Source: an uncultured Nitrospiraceae bacterium
GTDB taxonomy: Bacteria; Nitrospirota; Thermodesulfovibrionia; Thermodesulfovibrionales; UBA6898
Assembly (NCBI GenBank): GCA_963811165.1
Contig: CAWEQH010000010.1
Span: 576,001-640,000, forward strand
Length of the DNA: 64,000 nt
Reading direction: 5' to 3'
Shown here one piece after another: positions 10,150 through 20,066 of the stretch. Under the pieces are notes generated by a model. That model was not told where the DNA came from, made no database searches, and worked only from the letters and a program-made list of their open reading frames with translations. The position numbers were made by a program, and so were the translations under genes. Every line of letters begins with the position of its first letter. The first letter of the stretch is position 1.

Positions 10150-10619
10150 TAGTACGCCCTTACCCTGCTCTTCCCTCTAAACTCACCTCGGCGTGGGACG
10201 AATTCCTGGCAAAAATTATATCTGTCGATTGTATAACCGTCTTTCATGAGGGGAAGTCCTCAATAATTTTTGGAATTGGCATCAACTTTTTCACTTCAAT
10301 TCACTTCAAATGGAAAGAACTTTTCCATCACGAAACGCCCTGATTCATAATAGCGTATAATTCGATGACTTTATAGGAGATTACGTAATGGCGTCAACTT
10401 CATTTTAGATTAATATCCATCAATCTGAGTCATGTGCTTTTTCAGCCTAAATTGTCGTTTTTGCTGTGATTCCGTTGATATATGGGCAAAATTGATATTA
10501 TAACTGCTACTGTCCAAATCCCCTCGAAGGCCTGCGCATTGTACCTTATGCTTGTGAGGTGTGGGAAGCTTATCGGCCTTTCGCAGGTGTCTAAAGATCA
10601 ATAGAAATCTCATCAATTT

Positions 10620-10636
10620 TTTACGAAATCTTTATA
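10620..10636 (+). promoter_or_regulatory. Putative KdpE box
   Basis: TTTACG-N5-TTTATA direct repeat resembling the E. coli kdpFABC site TTTATA-N5-TTTACA, about 65 nt upstream of the first kdp-cluster ORF. Confidence 0.55.
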
Positions 10637-10701
10637 CTGCCGGGCCCCTTATTTAGACCTATTTTATTCGCTTTAGTGATACCCTGAAAACATGGAGGCA
10701 G

Positions 10702-10806
10702 ATGAAAATGGATGGCTTATATTTTTTTGTGGTTATTTGGTGTTTGACTGTGGTCATTGGATGTTTGACTCTCACCGGATTGATGGTGAAGTACTTGAAC
10801 GCATAA
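10702..10806 (+). CDS. Small single-TM peptide (34 aa)
   Basis: GGAGG RBS; MKMDGLYFFVVIWCLTVVIGCLTLTGLMVKYLNA. Below the ORF-track cutoff. Confidence 0.55.
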   Translation: MKMDGLYFFVVIWCLTVVIGCLTLTGLMVKYLNA

Positions 10807-10815
10807 ATAACGGAA

Positions 10816-11361
10816 ATGAATAAAATGATTCACTCACAATCTTTGCAGTTACTTTGCAGTGGAGATGGCTCATCTCAAACAGCCGTTTTGGAAATTCCGT
10901 TAATTGATGCGCAGGCCTTGGATGCCAGGGGAAATCATTTTGTGGTAATCCCTGTCGCGGAGGTGAACAAGGTGTCGATGAACGCAATTAGTTATGCAAA
11001 AGTTCTTAACGGCGAAATTGTTGCGGTCCACATACTTCTTAAGCCTTCAGACAGGGTAGGGCTCGAATGCATGTGGAAAATGCAGAATATGGATATTCCC
11101 CTTATTATTCTTGAATCTCCATACGGTTCTCTGATTGGGCCGCTCATGGCATATGTGGACGAAATACATCGTTGCAATAAGGAGAGTGTCGTCACTATCG
11201 TATTGCCGGTGCTTATCGGCCTGAAACGCCGGCATCGTTTTTTGCATAACCAAACAGCTCGTTTAATTGAAAGGGCTTTTCAGTCTAAGGCAGGAGTGGT
11301 GACCGTACGCGTTCCGTTTTCTTTAACAGATGCTTCTTCTAAACAAAGTTGTGTTCTTTAA
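10816..11361 (+). CDS. Stand-alone cytosolic C-terminal domain of a KimA/YdaO-type APC K+ transporter
   Basis: VVIPVAEVNKVSMNAISYAK...LIILESPYGSLIGPL..YVD...VTIVLP...LHNQTARLI...VVTVRVPF matches the KimA/YdaO C-terminal pattern; no TM domain. Confidence 0.7.
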   Translation: MNKMIHSQSLQLLCSGDGSSQTAVLEIPLIDAQALDARGNHFVVIPVAEVNKVSMNAISYAKVLNGEIVAVHILLKPSDRVGLECMWKMQNMDIPLIILESPYGSLIGPLMAYVDEIHRCNKESVVTIVLPVLIGLKRRHRFLHNQTARLIERAFQSKAGVVTVRVPFSLTDASSKQSCVL

Positions 11362-11438
11362 CACAATGAGAGACGATTTTGATAACTCCCATGATGATCG
11401 TAAAAAATGAATAAGTATTTTCGCAAAGGAGGTGCGTT

Positions 11439-11519
11439 ATGGACATTGTCTATATCGGTATAGTGGTCGCGTTATTTATCCTCAGCCTGCTCTTCGTGAA
11501 ACTGGCTGAGAAAGTATAG
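11439..11519 (+). CDS. Small hydrophobic peptide upstream of kdpF (26 aa)
   Basis: AAGGAGGT RBS; MDIVYIGIVVALFILSLLFVKLAEKV. Confidence 0.65.
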   Translation: MDIVYIGIVVALFILSLLFVKLAEKV

Positions 11520-11542
11520 GAGAAAAACTTAGGAGGAAAACT

Positions 11543-11635
11543 ATGGAACTGTTCTACTGGATCGGCGGTATTGTAGCGTTCGGTCTTCTCGTGTATCTTT
11601 TTGTGGCTTTACTAAAGCCGGAGGTGTTGTCATGA
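11543..11635 (+). CDS. kdpF: K+-transporting ATPase subunit F
   Basis: [39 protein letters not shown] (YL..AL..PE motif); ATGA overlap with kdpA. Confidence 0.9.
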   Translation: MELFYWIGGIVAFGLLVYLFVALLKPEVLS

Positions 11636-13434
11636 CAGGGAATGACATATTCCAAATTGTCCTATATTTTGGCGTCCTGCTGCTTCTTGCGAAGCCGCTG
11701 GGCGGTTATATGGCGAGGGTTTACGAAAACCGGCCATGCGGTCTTGACCGGGTGTTTGGGCCGGTGGAGCGTATTTTTTACAGGCTTTGCGGCATCAGGC
11801 CAGAAGAGGAAATGGACTGGAAACAATATACGATCGCCGTGCTTGTATTCAGCGTGGCCGGATTCGTCGCGGTATATATGTTGCAGCGCATGCAAGGCAT
11901 ATTGCCGCTAAATCCTCAGAAGTTCCCGGCTGTATCGCCTGATTCGTCTTTCAATACGGCTGTAAGCTTCATAACTAATACGAACTGGCAGGGGTACGGC
12001 GGTGAATCGACGATGAGCTACCTTTCACAGATGGTTGGGCTCGGGGTCCAGAATTTTCTTTCTGCGGCGGCGGGCATGGCTGTTTTAGTGGCGCTGATCC
12101 GTGGGTTCAGCCGACATTCTTCAAAGACGATCGGCAACTTCTGGGTCGATCTCACCCGCACGACTCTGTACATCTTGATGCCTCTTGCGCTGATCTATTC
12201 TCTGCTTCTCGTTTCTCAGGGCGTGGTGCAGACCTTCAGCGAATATAAGAATGTGGCCCTTACGCAGACTATCACCTATGATAATCCGAAGCTCGATGCC
12301 CAGGGCAATCCGATCAAGGACGAAAAGGGAACTCCGGTGACGGAGAAAGCTCAGATGAAGGAGCAGGTCATACCCCTTGGCCCTGCCGCTTCACAGATTG
12401 CGATCAAACAGCTCGGCACGAACGGCGGCGGTTTTTTCAATGTGAATTCCGCACATCCCTTCGAAAACCCGACTCCGTTTTCAAATTTTCTTGAGGTATT
12501 GGCGATCCTGCTGATACCGGCGGCACTCTGCATCACATTCGGGAAGATGGTCGGCGACAGGCGACAGGGCCGGGCTCTGCTGGCCGCGATGACGATCGTT
12601 CTCGTCGTTCTGATGACGGTGTGCGTATGGACCGAACGACAGGGCAATCCGCATTTCGCCTCGCTTGGCATTGATCAAACGGCAGGCACATTGCAGCCTG
12701 GCGGAAACATGGAGGGCAAGGAGGCGCGATTTGGGATAGTAAATTCCGCGATCTGGGCGTCCGCCACTACCGCCGCATCGAACGGTTCTGTGAATGCCAT
12801 GCATGATTCCTTCACCCCGATAGGCGGTCTTATCCCGATGTGGCTGATGATGTTGGGAGAGGTCATATTCGGAGGCGTCGGCTCCGGTCTTTACGGTATG
12901 CTGATATTCGCTATCCTCACCGTATTCATCGCCGGCCTGATGGTCGGCCGAACACCGGAATATCTGGGCAAAAAGATCGAGATGTTCGAGATGAAGATGA
13001 CCATTCTTCTGATGCTGATTATCAATGCCCTTGTCAAGGTCGGAACGGCGGTTGCTGTTTCTATGAAGGCCGGGGTTGCGGGCATCGCCAATCCCGGGCC
13101 GCACGGTTTTTCTGAGATACTGTATGCCTTTACGTCGGCCTCGAACAACAACGGCAGTGCTTTTGCGGGTTTGAGCGCCAATACTGTTTTCTATAATACG
13201 GCCCTCGGCATCGTGATGTTCATCGGCCGCTTTTGGGCTATAATTCCCGTGCTGGCAATCGCCGGCTCTCTGGCGAAAAAGAAAAAGGTGCCGGTCGGAT
13301 TAGGGACTCTGCCGACCCATACCCCTTTGTTCGTGACCTTTTTGATTGGTGTCATCCTGATCGTCGGAGCTTTGTCGTTCGTGCCTGGCCTGGCGCTCGG
13401 ACCGATAGCCGAACAGTTGATGTCCGGCAGATAA
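11632..13434 (+). CDS. kdpA: K+-transporting ATPase subunit A
   Basis: [60 protein letters not shown]. Confidence 0.97.
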   Translation: MTGNDIFQIVLYFGVLLLLAKPLGGYMARVYENRPCGLDRVFGPVERIFYRLCGIRPEEEMDWKQYTIAVLVFSVAGFVAVYMLQRMQGILPLNPQKFPAVSPDSSFNTAVSFITNTNWQGYGGESTMSYLSQMVGLGVQNFLSAAAGMAVLVALIRGFSRHSSKTIGNFWVDLTRTTLYILMPLALIYSLLLVSQGVVQTFSEYKNVALTQTITYDNPKLDAQGNPIKDEKGTPVTEKAQMKEQVIPLGPAASQIAIKQLGTNGGGFFNVNSAHPFENPTPFSNFLEVLAILLIPAALCITFGKMVGDRRQGRALLAAMTIVLVVLMTVCVWTERQGNPHFASLGIDQTAGTLQPGGNMEGKEARFGIVNSAIWASATTAASNGSVNAMHDSFTPIGGLIPMWLMMLGEVIFGGVGSGLYGMLIFAILTVFIAGLMVGRTPEYLGKKIEMFEMKMTILLMLIINALVKVGTAVAVSMKAGVAGIANPGPHGFSEILYAFTSASNNNGSAFAGLSANTVFYNTALGIVMFIGRFWAIIPVLAIAGSLAKKKKVPVGLGTLPTHTPLFVTFLIGVILIVGALSFVPGLALGPIAEQLMSGR

Positions 13435-13458
13435 CAAAATACGGATTGTGAGGAAATT

Positions 13459-15531
13459 ATGACCAGAAAAACTAATAAAAGATCTCTTTTTGAACCGACA
13501 ATTGTACGTCGGGCCTTGTGGGATTCGGTCAGGAAACTGAATCCGGTACATCAGATAAAGAACCCGGTGATGTTCGTGGTGGAGGTGGGCAGCGTTCTCA
13601 CGACCCTCCTTTTCTTCCGCGCACTTACCGGCAAAGGTGAGGCGTCTCCGGGCTTCATACTTCTGATTTCGATCTGGCTCTGGGTAACAGTGCTCTTTGC
13701 TAACTTTGCCGAGGCGATGGCGGAAGGCAGGGGTAAGGCCCAGGCTGAATCATTGCGTAAGACGCGAAGCGACGTCACAGCAAAACGCCTTGCCAAGGAG
13801 GACCGGAATTCCGAAATCACCAAAGTGTCTTCTGCCCAGCTCAAGAAAGGCGATATCGTGCTTGTAGAGGCCGGCGATACGATTCCTATGGACGGCGAGG
13901 TGATCGATGGCGTTGCCTCGGTGAATGAAAGCGCTATTACTGGCGAGAGCGCTCCTGTGATCAGGGAAAGCGGCGGAGACTTCAGTTCCGTGACCGGCGG
14001 CACGAAGGTGCTGTCCGACTGGATTGTGGTGAGAATCACCGTAAATCCCGGTGAGACGTTCCTCGATAGGATGATTGCCATGGTTGAAGGCTCAAAGCGG
14101 CAGAAGACGCCGAATGAGATCGCCCTGGACATACTGCTTGCAGGTCTGACGATCATCTTTCTGCTGGTGACCGTGACCTTGCTTCCATTTTCGATCTTCA
14201 GCGTTCAGGCGGCAGGCCAGGGAAGCCCTGTCACCATAACCGTGCTTGTCTCGCTTCTGGTCTGCCTGATCCCGACCACAATCGGCGGACTTCTTTCGGC
14301 TATCGGCATCGCAGGTATGGACCGGATGATCCAGGCCAATGTGATCGCCATGTCCGGCCGTGCGGTGGAAGCGGCAGGAGATGTTGACGTGCTGCTTCTC
14401 GACAAGACCGGGACGATTACACTCGGCGACCGACAGGCCACCGCGTTTTTTCCCGTTGCGGGAGTAGATGCGCGAGCCCTCGCCGATGCGGCCCAGCTTG
14501 CGTCCTTAGCAGACGAAACTCCTGAAGGGAGAAGCGTCGTTATTCTGGCAAAAGAAAAATACGGGATTCGCGAAAGGGACATCCATTCCCTCGGCGCGGA
14601 ATTTGTTCCTTTCACTGCACAGACAAGGATGAGCGGCGTAAATCTCAACGGTCGTCAGATCCGCAAAGGCGCGGCGGACGCGGTCGAAAAATATGTCCAG
14701 TCACAGGGAGGAACGTTTCCGTCTGATATCCGCGCAATCGTCGACGATATCGCAAAACAAGGTTCAACACCGCTCGTCGTGGCCGAAGGACAGAAAGTGC
14801 TCGGTGTTATTCAGCTGAAAGATATTGTCAAGGGCGGAATTAAAGAGAGATTCGCTGAGTTGCGGAATATGGGGATCAAGACGATCATGATCACCGGAGA
14901 CAACCCGCTCACTGCCTCGGCGATTGCTGCCGAAGCCGGGGTCGATGATTTTTTGGCGGAGGCAACGCCCGAGGCCAAACTGAAGCTCATCCGTGAGCAC
15001 CAGGCTGGAGGTAGACTCGTGGCCATGACCGGAGACGGCACAAACGACGCGCCGGCGCTGGCACAGGCCGATGTGGCCGTTGCGATGAACACGGGCACTC
15101 AGGCAGCAAAAGAGGCGGGCAATCTCGTTGACCTCGACTCCAACCCAACGAAGCTGATAGAGATCGTGGAGATCGGAAAGCAGCTACTGATGACGCGCGG
15201 CACGCTCACGACCTTCAGCATCGCAAACGACGTGGCGAAATATTTCGCGATCCTGCCGGCGGCGTTTCTTTCGATCTATCCGGCGCTTGGTGCGCTTAAC
15301 ATTATGCACCTGGCCACGCCGCAGAGCGCAGTGCTTTCAGCCGTGATCTTTAACGCGCTGATTATAATTTTTCTGATCCCGTTGGCGCTTCGCGGTGTGA
15401 AATATCGGCCTCTCGGCGCGCATGTGGTCTTACGCAATAACGCCCTGATTTATGGGGTCGGCGGGCTGGTTGTTCCGTTTATCGGCATCAAGCTGATCGA
15501 CATGCTCATAACAGCCCTGCATATAGTATGA
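13459..15531 (+). CDS. kdpB: K+-transporting ATPase subunit B (P-type ATPase)
   Basis: [32 protein letters not shown]. Confidence 0.97.
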   Translation: MTRKTNKRSLFEPTIVRRALWDSVRKLNPVHQIKNPVMFVVEVGSVLTTLLFFRALTGKGEASPGFILLISIWLWVTVLFANFAEAMAEGRGKAQAESLRKTRSDVTAKRLAKEDRNSEITKVSSAQLKKGDIVLVEAGDTIPMDGEVIDGVASVNESAITGESAPVIRESGGDFSSVTGGTKVLSDWIVVRITVNPGETFLDRMIAMVEGSKRQKTPNEIALDILLAGLTIIFLLVTVTLLPFSIFSVQAAGQGSPVTITVLVSLLVCLIPTTIGGLLSAIGIAGMDRMIQANVIAMSGRAVEAAGDVDVLLLDKTGTITLGDRQATAFFPVAGVDARALADAAQLASLADETPEGRSVVILAKEKYGIRERDIHSLGAEFVPFTAQTRMSGVNLNGRQIRKGAADAVEKYVQSQGGTFPSDIRAIVDDIAKQGSTPLVVAEGQKVLGVIQLKDIVKGGIKERFAELRNMGIKTIMITGDNPLTASAIAAEAGVDDFLAEATPEAKLKLIREHQAGGRLVAMTGDGTNDAPALAQADVAVAMNTGTQAAKEAGNLVDLDSNPTKLIEIVEIGKQLLMTRGTLTTFSIANDVAKYFAILPAAFLSIYPALGALNIMHLATPQSAVLSAVIFNALIIIFLIPLALRGVKYRPLGAHVVLRNNALIYGVGGLVVPFIGIKLIDMLITALHIV

Positions 15532-15544
15532 AACGGAGGAAATC

Positions 15545-16123
15545 ATGATAAGAATGATTCGCAACACACTCATGTCTCTGTTACTCTTCACAGTTATCAC
15601 CGGGTTTATTTACCCCCTGGCGGTGACAGGCCTGGCCCAAGTGATATTTCCTGGCCAGGCAAACGGGAGCATCATAACGAAGAACGGCAAGCCCGTGGGC
15701 TCCGAACTGCTTGGACAGCAGTTCGAAGACCCGAAATATTTCTGGGGAAGGCTTTCCGCGACAACCCCCTATCCCTATAACGGAGGTTCGTCATCCGGCT
15801 CTAATCTCGGCCCGAACAACCCTGACCTTATGAAGGCCGTGCAAGCAAGGATTCAGGCCCTGCGCGAGGCTGATCCGGGCAATACAACGAAGATACCGGT
15901 TGACCTGGCTACTGCCTCAGGCAGCGGACTTGATCCCCACATCAGCCCTGTGGCTGCTGCGTATCAGGTGCAAAGGATCGCAAAGCTTCGCGGCGTCGAT
16001 GAGGCAAAAGTCAGCGCATTAGTGGCTGCCAATACCGAAGGCCGGCAGTTCGGGTTTCTGGGCGAGCCTGTGGTGAATGTGCTCAAACTGAATCTGGCAC
16101 TTGATGACCTCGGTCAGAAGTGA
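15545..16123 (+). CDS. kdpC: K+-transporting ATPase subunit C
   Basis: QANGS...GSELLGQQF...YFWGRLSA...[10 protein letters not shown]...[11 protein letters not shown]. Confidence 0.97.
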   Translation: MIRMIRNTLMSLLLFTVITGFIYPLAVTGLAQVIFPGQANGSIITKNGKPVGSELLGQQFEDPKYFWGRLSATTPYPYNGGSSSGSNLGPNNPDLMKAVQARIQALREADPGNTTKIPVDLATASGSGLDPHISPVAAAYQVQRIAKLRGVDEAKVSALVAANTEGRQFGFLGEPVVNVLKLNLALDDLGQK

Positions 16124-16150
16124 GAGGTGAAAATACTGAAGGGCAAACCT

Positions 16151-16540
16151 ATGACAAAAGACAGAATTGAAAAAATAATTGCATTTCTGCTCTTGGTGGC
16201 TATCAGCGCGCCCTTGACTGCGTTTGCCGTAGACTATCCGGTCCAGCTTTATCATCGGGAGGTGAGGCACGACAAGTTTGTCAAAGGCGACACAGTGTAC
16301 ATGTTTCATAGCGGCACTGAAGACGTAAAGAAGACCATTCACGTTAACGATACGCTCGCTGTTTATCGGGTGTCCCCGACTTGCGAAGTAGCGCCAATTG
16401 GAATAGTCAAGATAGTCTCCTTTGTCGGAGAAACATATATCAAGGGAGAGGTCTTTGCCGGCGAGATTAAGCCTGATGATATAGCGAAAAAGGATAATGT
16501 TTCGTGTCTTATCATCTCGGCAGGTGTATGTGAACATTAA
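16151..16540 (+). CDS. Hypothetical exported protein
   Basis: Signal peptide ending AFA; beta-rich body; co-oriented directly after kdpC. Confidence 0.6.
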   Translation: MTKDRIEKIIAFLLLVAISAPLTAFAVDYPVQLYHREVRHDKFVKGDTVYMFHSGTEDVKKTIHVNDTLAVYRVSPTCEVAPIGIVKIVSFVGETYIKGEVFAGEIKPDDIAKKDNVSCLIISAGVCEH

Positions 16541-16739
16541 TCTGATAATGAAGCATTGGCGGTGCGGGGTGCCGTCGTCATGCCCCACACAGTCGGCGAA
16601 AAGTTTGGACACCGCGGGGCAATTGCCCTGCAGGTCACGGTCAACTGCCGTTAGATGGAGACCATAATTATTAATTCTAATTCAAAAAAGGGGCTTTTCA
16701 GCTTTCTCAGGAGGCCCCCTTTTAAAAAAGGATGGAGCA

Positions 16740-16961
16740 ATGGAATCCCTTAAACAAAAATTAAAGGAAATTGAGAAAGACGAAATCATTCACGCGCTAA
16801 AAGAATGTAACTGCGTGAGGACCAGAGCCGCCAGAAGGCTGGGCATTACTGCAAGGATGATCGGATACAAGATCAAGAAATACGGCTTAAGGATAAAGGA
16901 GGTGGGCTCTGTCGAGGATGGCGACGCAGAGCAACACGGACACCAGGAATACATGGGATAG
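16740..16961 (+). CDS. Stand-alone Fis-type HTH (HTH_8), NifA C-terminal-like, copy 1
   Basis: EKDEIIHALKECNCVRTRAARRLGITARMIGYKIKKYGL; GGAG RBS; no AAA+ domain. Confidence 0.75.
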   Translation: MESLKQKLKEIEKDEIIHALKECNCVRTRAARRLGITARMIGYKIKKYGLRIKEVGSVEDGDAEQHGHQEYMG

Positions 16962-17009
16962 AGAGAAGTGGTTTTCCAACCACAAACTCAGAAAGAAAAA
17001 AGGAGCATC

Positions 17010-17321
17010 ATGAAACTAATAGAAGCAGTGATAAGGCCTTTAAATTTGGAAGAGGTGGAAACAGCCCTTAAAGAAATGGGAGTGGAGGAAATAGGGGTTG
17101 AGGAAATATTGGTTAGCCGACTCTCAAGTAACGGCTTCGGGAAAGGGGTGTTGTACCGTGGGGCGGAGTATGTGGCAGACTTCATGACAAAAATGAAAGT
17201 CGAGATTATCGTTGAGGATGGTCTTGTGGACAAGGTTGTCGGAACAATCCGCAAGATTGCCAGGACGGACCGGAAGGAAGATTGCCGGATATTTATCCTC
17301 CCTCTCGTTGAAGCATTTTAG
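17010..17321 (+). CDS. Divergent P-II family signal transduction protein
   Basis: MKLIEAVIRPLNLEEV..AL...GFG...YRGAEY..DF..K.KVEIIVED..VDKVV..I; B-loop and C-terminus are degenerate. Confidence 0.8.
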   Translation: MKLIEAVIRPLNLEEVETALKEMGVEEIGVEEILVSRLSSNGFGKGVLYRGAEYVADFMTKMKVEIIVEDGLVDKVVGTIRKIARTDRKEDCRIFILPLVEAF

Positions 17322-17421
17322 GCATGCACTCTCTTAGCCGCGGGGCAGTAGAAGAGCTCTAGTTAAGAGCCGAGCGTTGCATACGCTCGCATCAGCACGT
17401 GCATAACCCTGGAGAGAATAA

Positions 17422-17622
17422 ATGGTAACACTAAAAGATAGACTGAAGGATGTGGAGAAACAGGAGATAATAAGCGCCCTCAAAGAATGTAACTACGTGA
17501 GAGCCAGAGCCGCGAGAATGCTGGGCATTACTGAAAGGATGATCTGTTACAAGATCAAAAAATATGGCTTAAAGATAAAGGAGGTGGGCTCAGTCGAGGA
17601 TAACGGAGCAGAGGAACGCTGA
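17422..17622 (+). CDS. Stand-alone Fis-type HTH (HTH_8), NifA C-terminal-like, copy 2
   Basis: EKQEIISALKECNYVRARAARMLGITERMICYKIKKYGL; DNA closely similar to copy 1. Confidence 0.75.
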   Translation: MVTLKDRLKDVEKQEIISALKECNYVRARAARMLGITERMICYKIKKYGLKIKEVGSVEDNGAEER

Positions 17623-17676
17623 CAGCAGAAATGGCAATACAGGCTTTATTTTTTTGAAATGAAAAAGGAGGAGACG

Positions 17677-18831
17677 ATGAAAAAGATTATTTTTGGAATC
17701 GCTTTTGCGATTCTGATGACATTCACAGTAGCTGGAGGGGTATGGGCCGACGAAGCGAAGCCGGCGGACACTACTGCTGCAAAGCCGGCAGGCACAAGCC
17801 TGGACGACATCAAGAACATGCTCGGCCTGAGCATTTATCTTCAGGGCGGATACAATTATAATTTTACCAACCCCGATTCGCAGGAAAACAGACTCAGGGT
17901 CTTCGACCATAAGGCGAACAACTTTACCCTCGACCTGGCTCAGATTGTTTTCAACAAGGATGCCGCTGTCGGGGGTGTCGGCTACAGGCTGAAACTCTCG
18001 GCCGGCGAGACGGCGAAGTTCATTCACGCTGCCGGTCTCGGCAATACCGGTGATGCGTTTGACCTGACAGAGGCGTATATCGCCTATGTCGCTCCGCTGG
18101 GCAAAGGCCTCAAGTTTCAGTTAGGGAAGTTCGCCACTTTTACCGGTGCGGAGGTGATCGAGGCAAGGGACAACATGAACTACTCGCGCGGCCTCCTTTT
18201 CAACTGGGCTATACCCTTTACCCATACCGGCCTTATGATCGGCTATCCGTTTAGCGACAAGGTGAGCGCGAATTTCTATGTGGTCAACGGCTGGGACAAC
18301 TTCAGCGAAGATACCGGCAGCAGCAAGACCCTCGGGCTGAATTTCAACTGGACCCCTGCAGAACAGTTTTCGCTTGCGGTGAACTTTCTGAACGGCCGGG
18401 AGGTCATTGCCGGCGGAAGCGATGTGCGCACGAACAGGTTCCTTTCGGATACGGTGATCACGATAAAACCGATGAAGAACCTCACCTTTGTGATAAACCC
18501 CGACTGGGCGTCGCAGACCGGTGCAGCGTCCGACGGCTCAAGGGCAGAATGGTATGGAGTGGCGGGATATGTGAAATATGACTTCAGCGATATGATCAGC
18601 GGAACAGTCAGGGCCGAATACTTCGACGACAAGGACGGCTTCAGGACAGGCATCGCGCAGAAGGCGAAAGAGGTAACCTTTACGCCTGAGTTCAGGGTTG
18701 CGAAGAACCTCATCGTGAGGCCGGAATACCGTCACGACTGGTCCGACATGAACGCATTCGATTCAGAACATGGCACGTTTGACAAGAAAAGCCAGGATAC
18801 CATTGCGCTCGGCGTGATGTATACGTGGTAA
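17677..18831 (+). CDS. Outer-membrane beta-barrel porin (putative porin-2/OmpL-like)
   Basis: Signal peptide, GKFATFTGAEVIE...NYSR..LF..AIPFTHTG, NGWD, RPEYRHDWSD, C-terminal aromatic YTW. Confidence 0.8.
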   Translation: MKKIIFGIAFAILMTFTVAGGVWADEAKPADTTAAKPAGTSLDDIKNMLGLSIYLQGGYNYNFTNPDSQENRLRVFDHKANNFTLDLAQIVFNKDAAVGGVGYRLKLSAGETAKFIHAAGLGNTGDAFDLTEAYIAYVAPLGKGLKFQLGKFATFTGAEVIEARDNMNYSRGLLFNWAIPFTHTGLMIGYPFSDKVSANFYVVNGWDNFSEDTGSSKTLGLNFNWTPAEQFSLAVNFLNGREVIAGGSDVRTNRFLSDTVITIKPMKNLTFVINPDWASQTGAASDGSRAEWYGVAGYVKYDFSDMISGTVRAEYFDDKDGFRTGIAQKAKEVTFTPEFRVAKNLIVRPEYRHDWSDMNAFDSEHGTFDKKSQDTIALGVMYTW

Positions 18832-19050
18832 TTGTTTCAAACAAGGAATAAGAAAGTAAAAGAGAAAGTTCTTGAGTCTCTTTGCGATTTTGTGGTTTTA
18901 CTATCGGCAAGCCTTTTGTTTGCCGAGGAACAGGTGTGGACTAACCCTCCTTCTCAGGCTGGACAGGATGCGCCCTGTTCAGCCTGCACCTGCAGCTTTT
19001 GACGACAAAGAGGAACGGACAATGAAAGAATGGAAAGGAGAAGGGTCACC

Positions 19051-19320
19051 ATGGGACTCACCCAGGCTCAAATAGAAAGAATAACATCGCTGGCGAGATC
19101 CTACGGGGCGAACCGGCTCATACTTTTCGGCAGTGCCGTCGAAGATCCGGAAAGGGCACGCGATATTGACCTGGCATTTGACGGGGTTCAGGGATGGAAG
19201 CTTTTTGAATTGGCAGCTAAAATCGAAGAAGAGCTGCATATGCCCCTGGATCTGGTACCGTTAAATCCTCCCTCACGGTTTACAAAGCATATTGAAGGCA
19301 ATTGCAAGGTGTTGTTATGA
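19051..19320 (+). CDS. Minimal nucleotidyltransferase (MNT) antitoxin
   Basis: ILFGSA...RDIDL (GS..DxD) motif; overlaps the HEPN gene. Confidence 0.85.
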   Translation: MGLTQAQIERITSLARSYGANRLILFGSAVEDPERARDIDLAFDGVQGWKLFELAAKIEEELHMPLDLVPLNPPSRFTKHIEGNCKVLL

Positions 19321-19775
19321 TAGCCGATGACCTCAAGGCCGAAATCGATATTGGCATAGAATCGATTGAAACCGCACTGGAAAAGCTTGCCGCTTTGTAC
19401 GTTGATGTGGGAACACGCAGACCTACCGTCCGGGAGAAGACCGCTGCCGCGACTTTCTTGGCCCAGTTCTATGGTGGCATAGAAAACATCCTTAAGCGCA
19501 TCAGTTTATTCCATAACATGCCTATTCCGACCGGCAAGACTTGGCAAATGGACTTATTTAAACGATTTTGCATTCCTTCTTACCGCTCGCTTCCAGAGTT
19601 GATTGATGAATTTCTTGCATCAGGTTTGTCTCCCTACCGCAGGTTCAGACACGTTTTTCACCATAGTTACAGCTTTGAGTTGGAGTGGGAAAGGATGAAA
19701 GAGGGCATAGAAAGGGCCCCTCATCTATTTGTTTGTTTTAAAGAGACGGTGTTGAAGTATGCACAAGACTTATAA
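19317..19775 (+). CDS. HEPN-domain RNase toxin (HepT-like)
   Basis: FYGGIENILKRI...RFRHVFHHSY (Rx4H-x-Y); paired with the MNT gene. Confidence 0.8.
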   Translation: MIADDLKAEIDIGIESIETALEKLAALYVDVGTRRPTVREKTAAATFLAQFYGGIENILKRISLFHNMPIPTGKTWQMDLFKRFCIPSYRSLPELIDEFLASGLSPYRRFRHVFHHSYSFELEWERMKEGIERAPHLFVCFKETVLKYAQDL

Positions 19776-19854
19776 AGAGACATAGCAGAGATGGCAAGAA
19801 ATAAAGTTGGGCGACTATTGAGCTTCGATCCCTTTACTAAAAAAAAGTACGACA

Positions 19855-19881
19855 GTGAAACTCCCCGCTTACAAAGCGGGG
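19855..19881. repeat. REP-like / IS200-IS605-end-like hairpin
   Basis: GTGAAACT followed by the perfect stem CCCCGCTT-ACA-AAGCGGGG. Confidence 0.4.
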
Positions 19882-20066
19882 TATTCTGCAGGAATTTCAT
19901 AAAAAACTTACCTTTTTATAAATCTTTTCGGAGCCATTAATAGTGGAAGAACGACGTCATGAACGTGATCTGATTCTTGATCTCATATCGGTGAATATCC
20001 TTATTTGCTTAAGATCGAGGAGAAAGCTTGAAACGAAACATTTTACCCGAATGGTAAAAGAATGGC

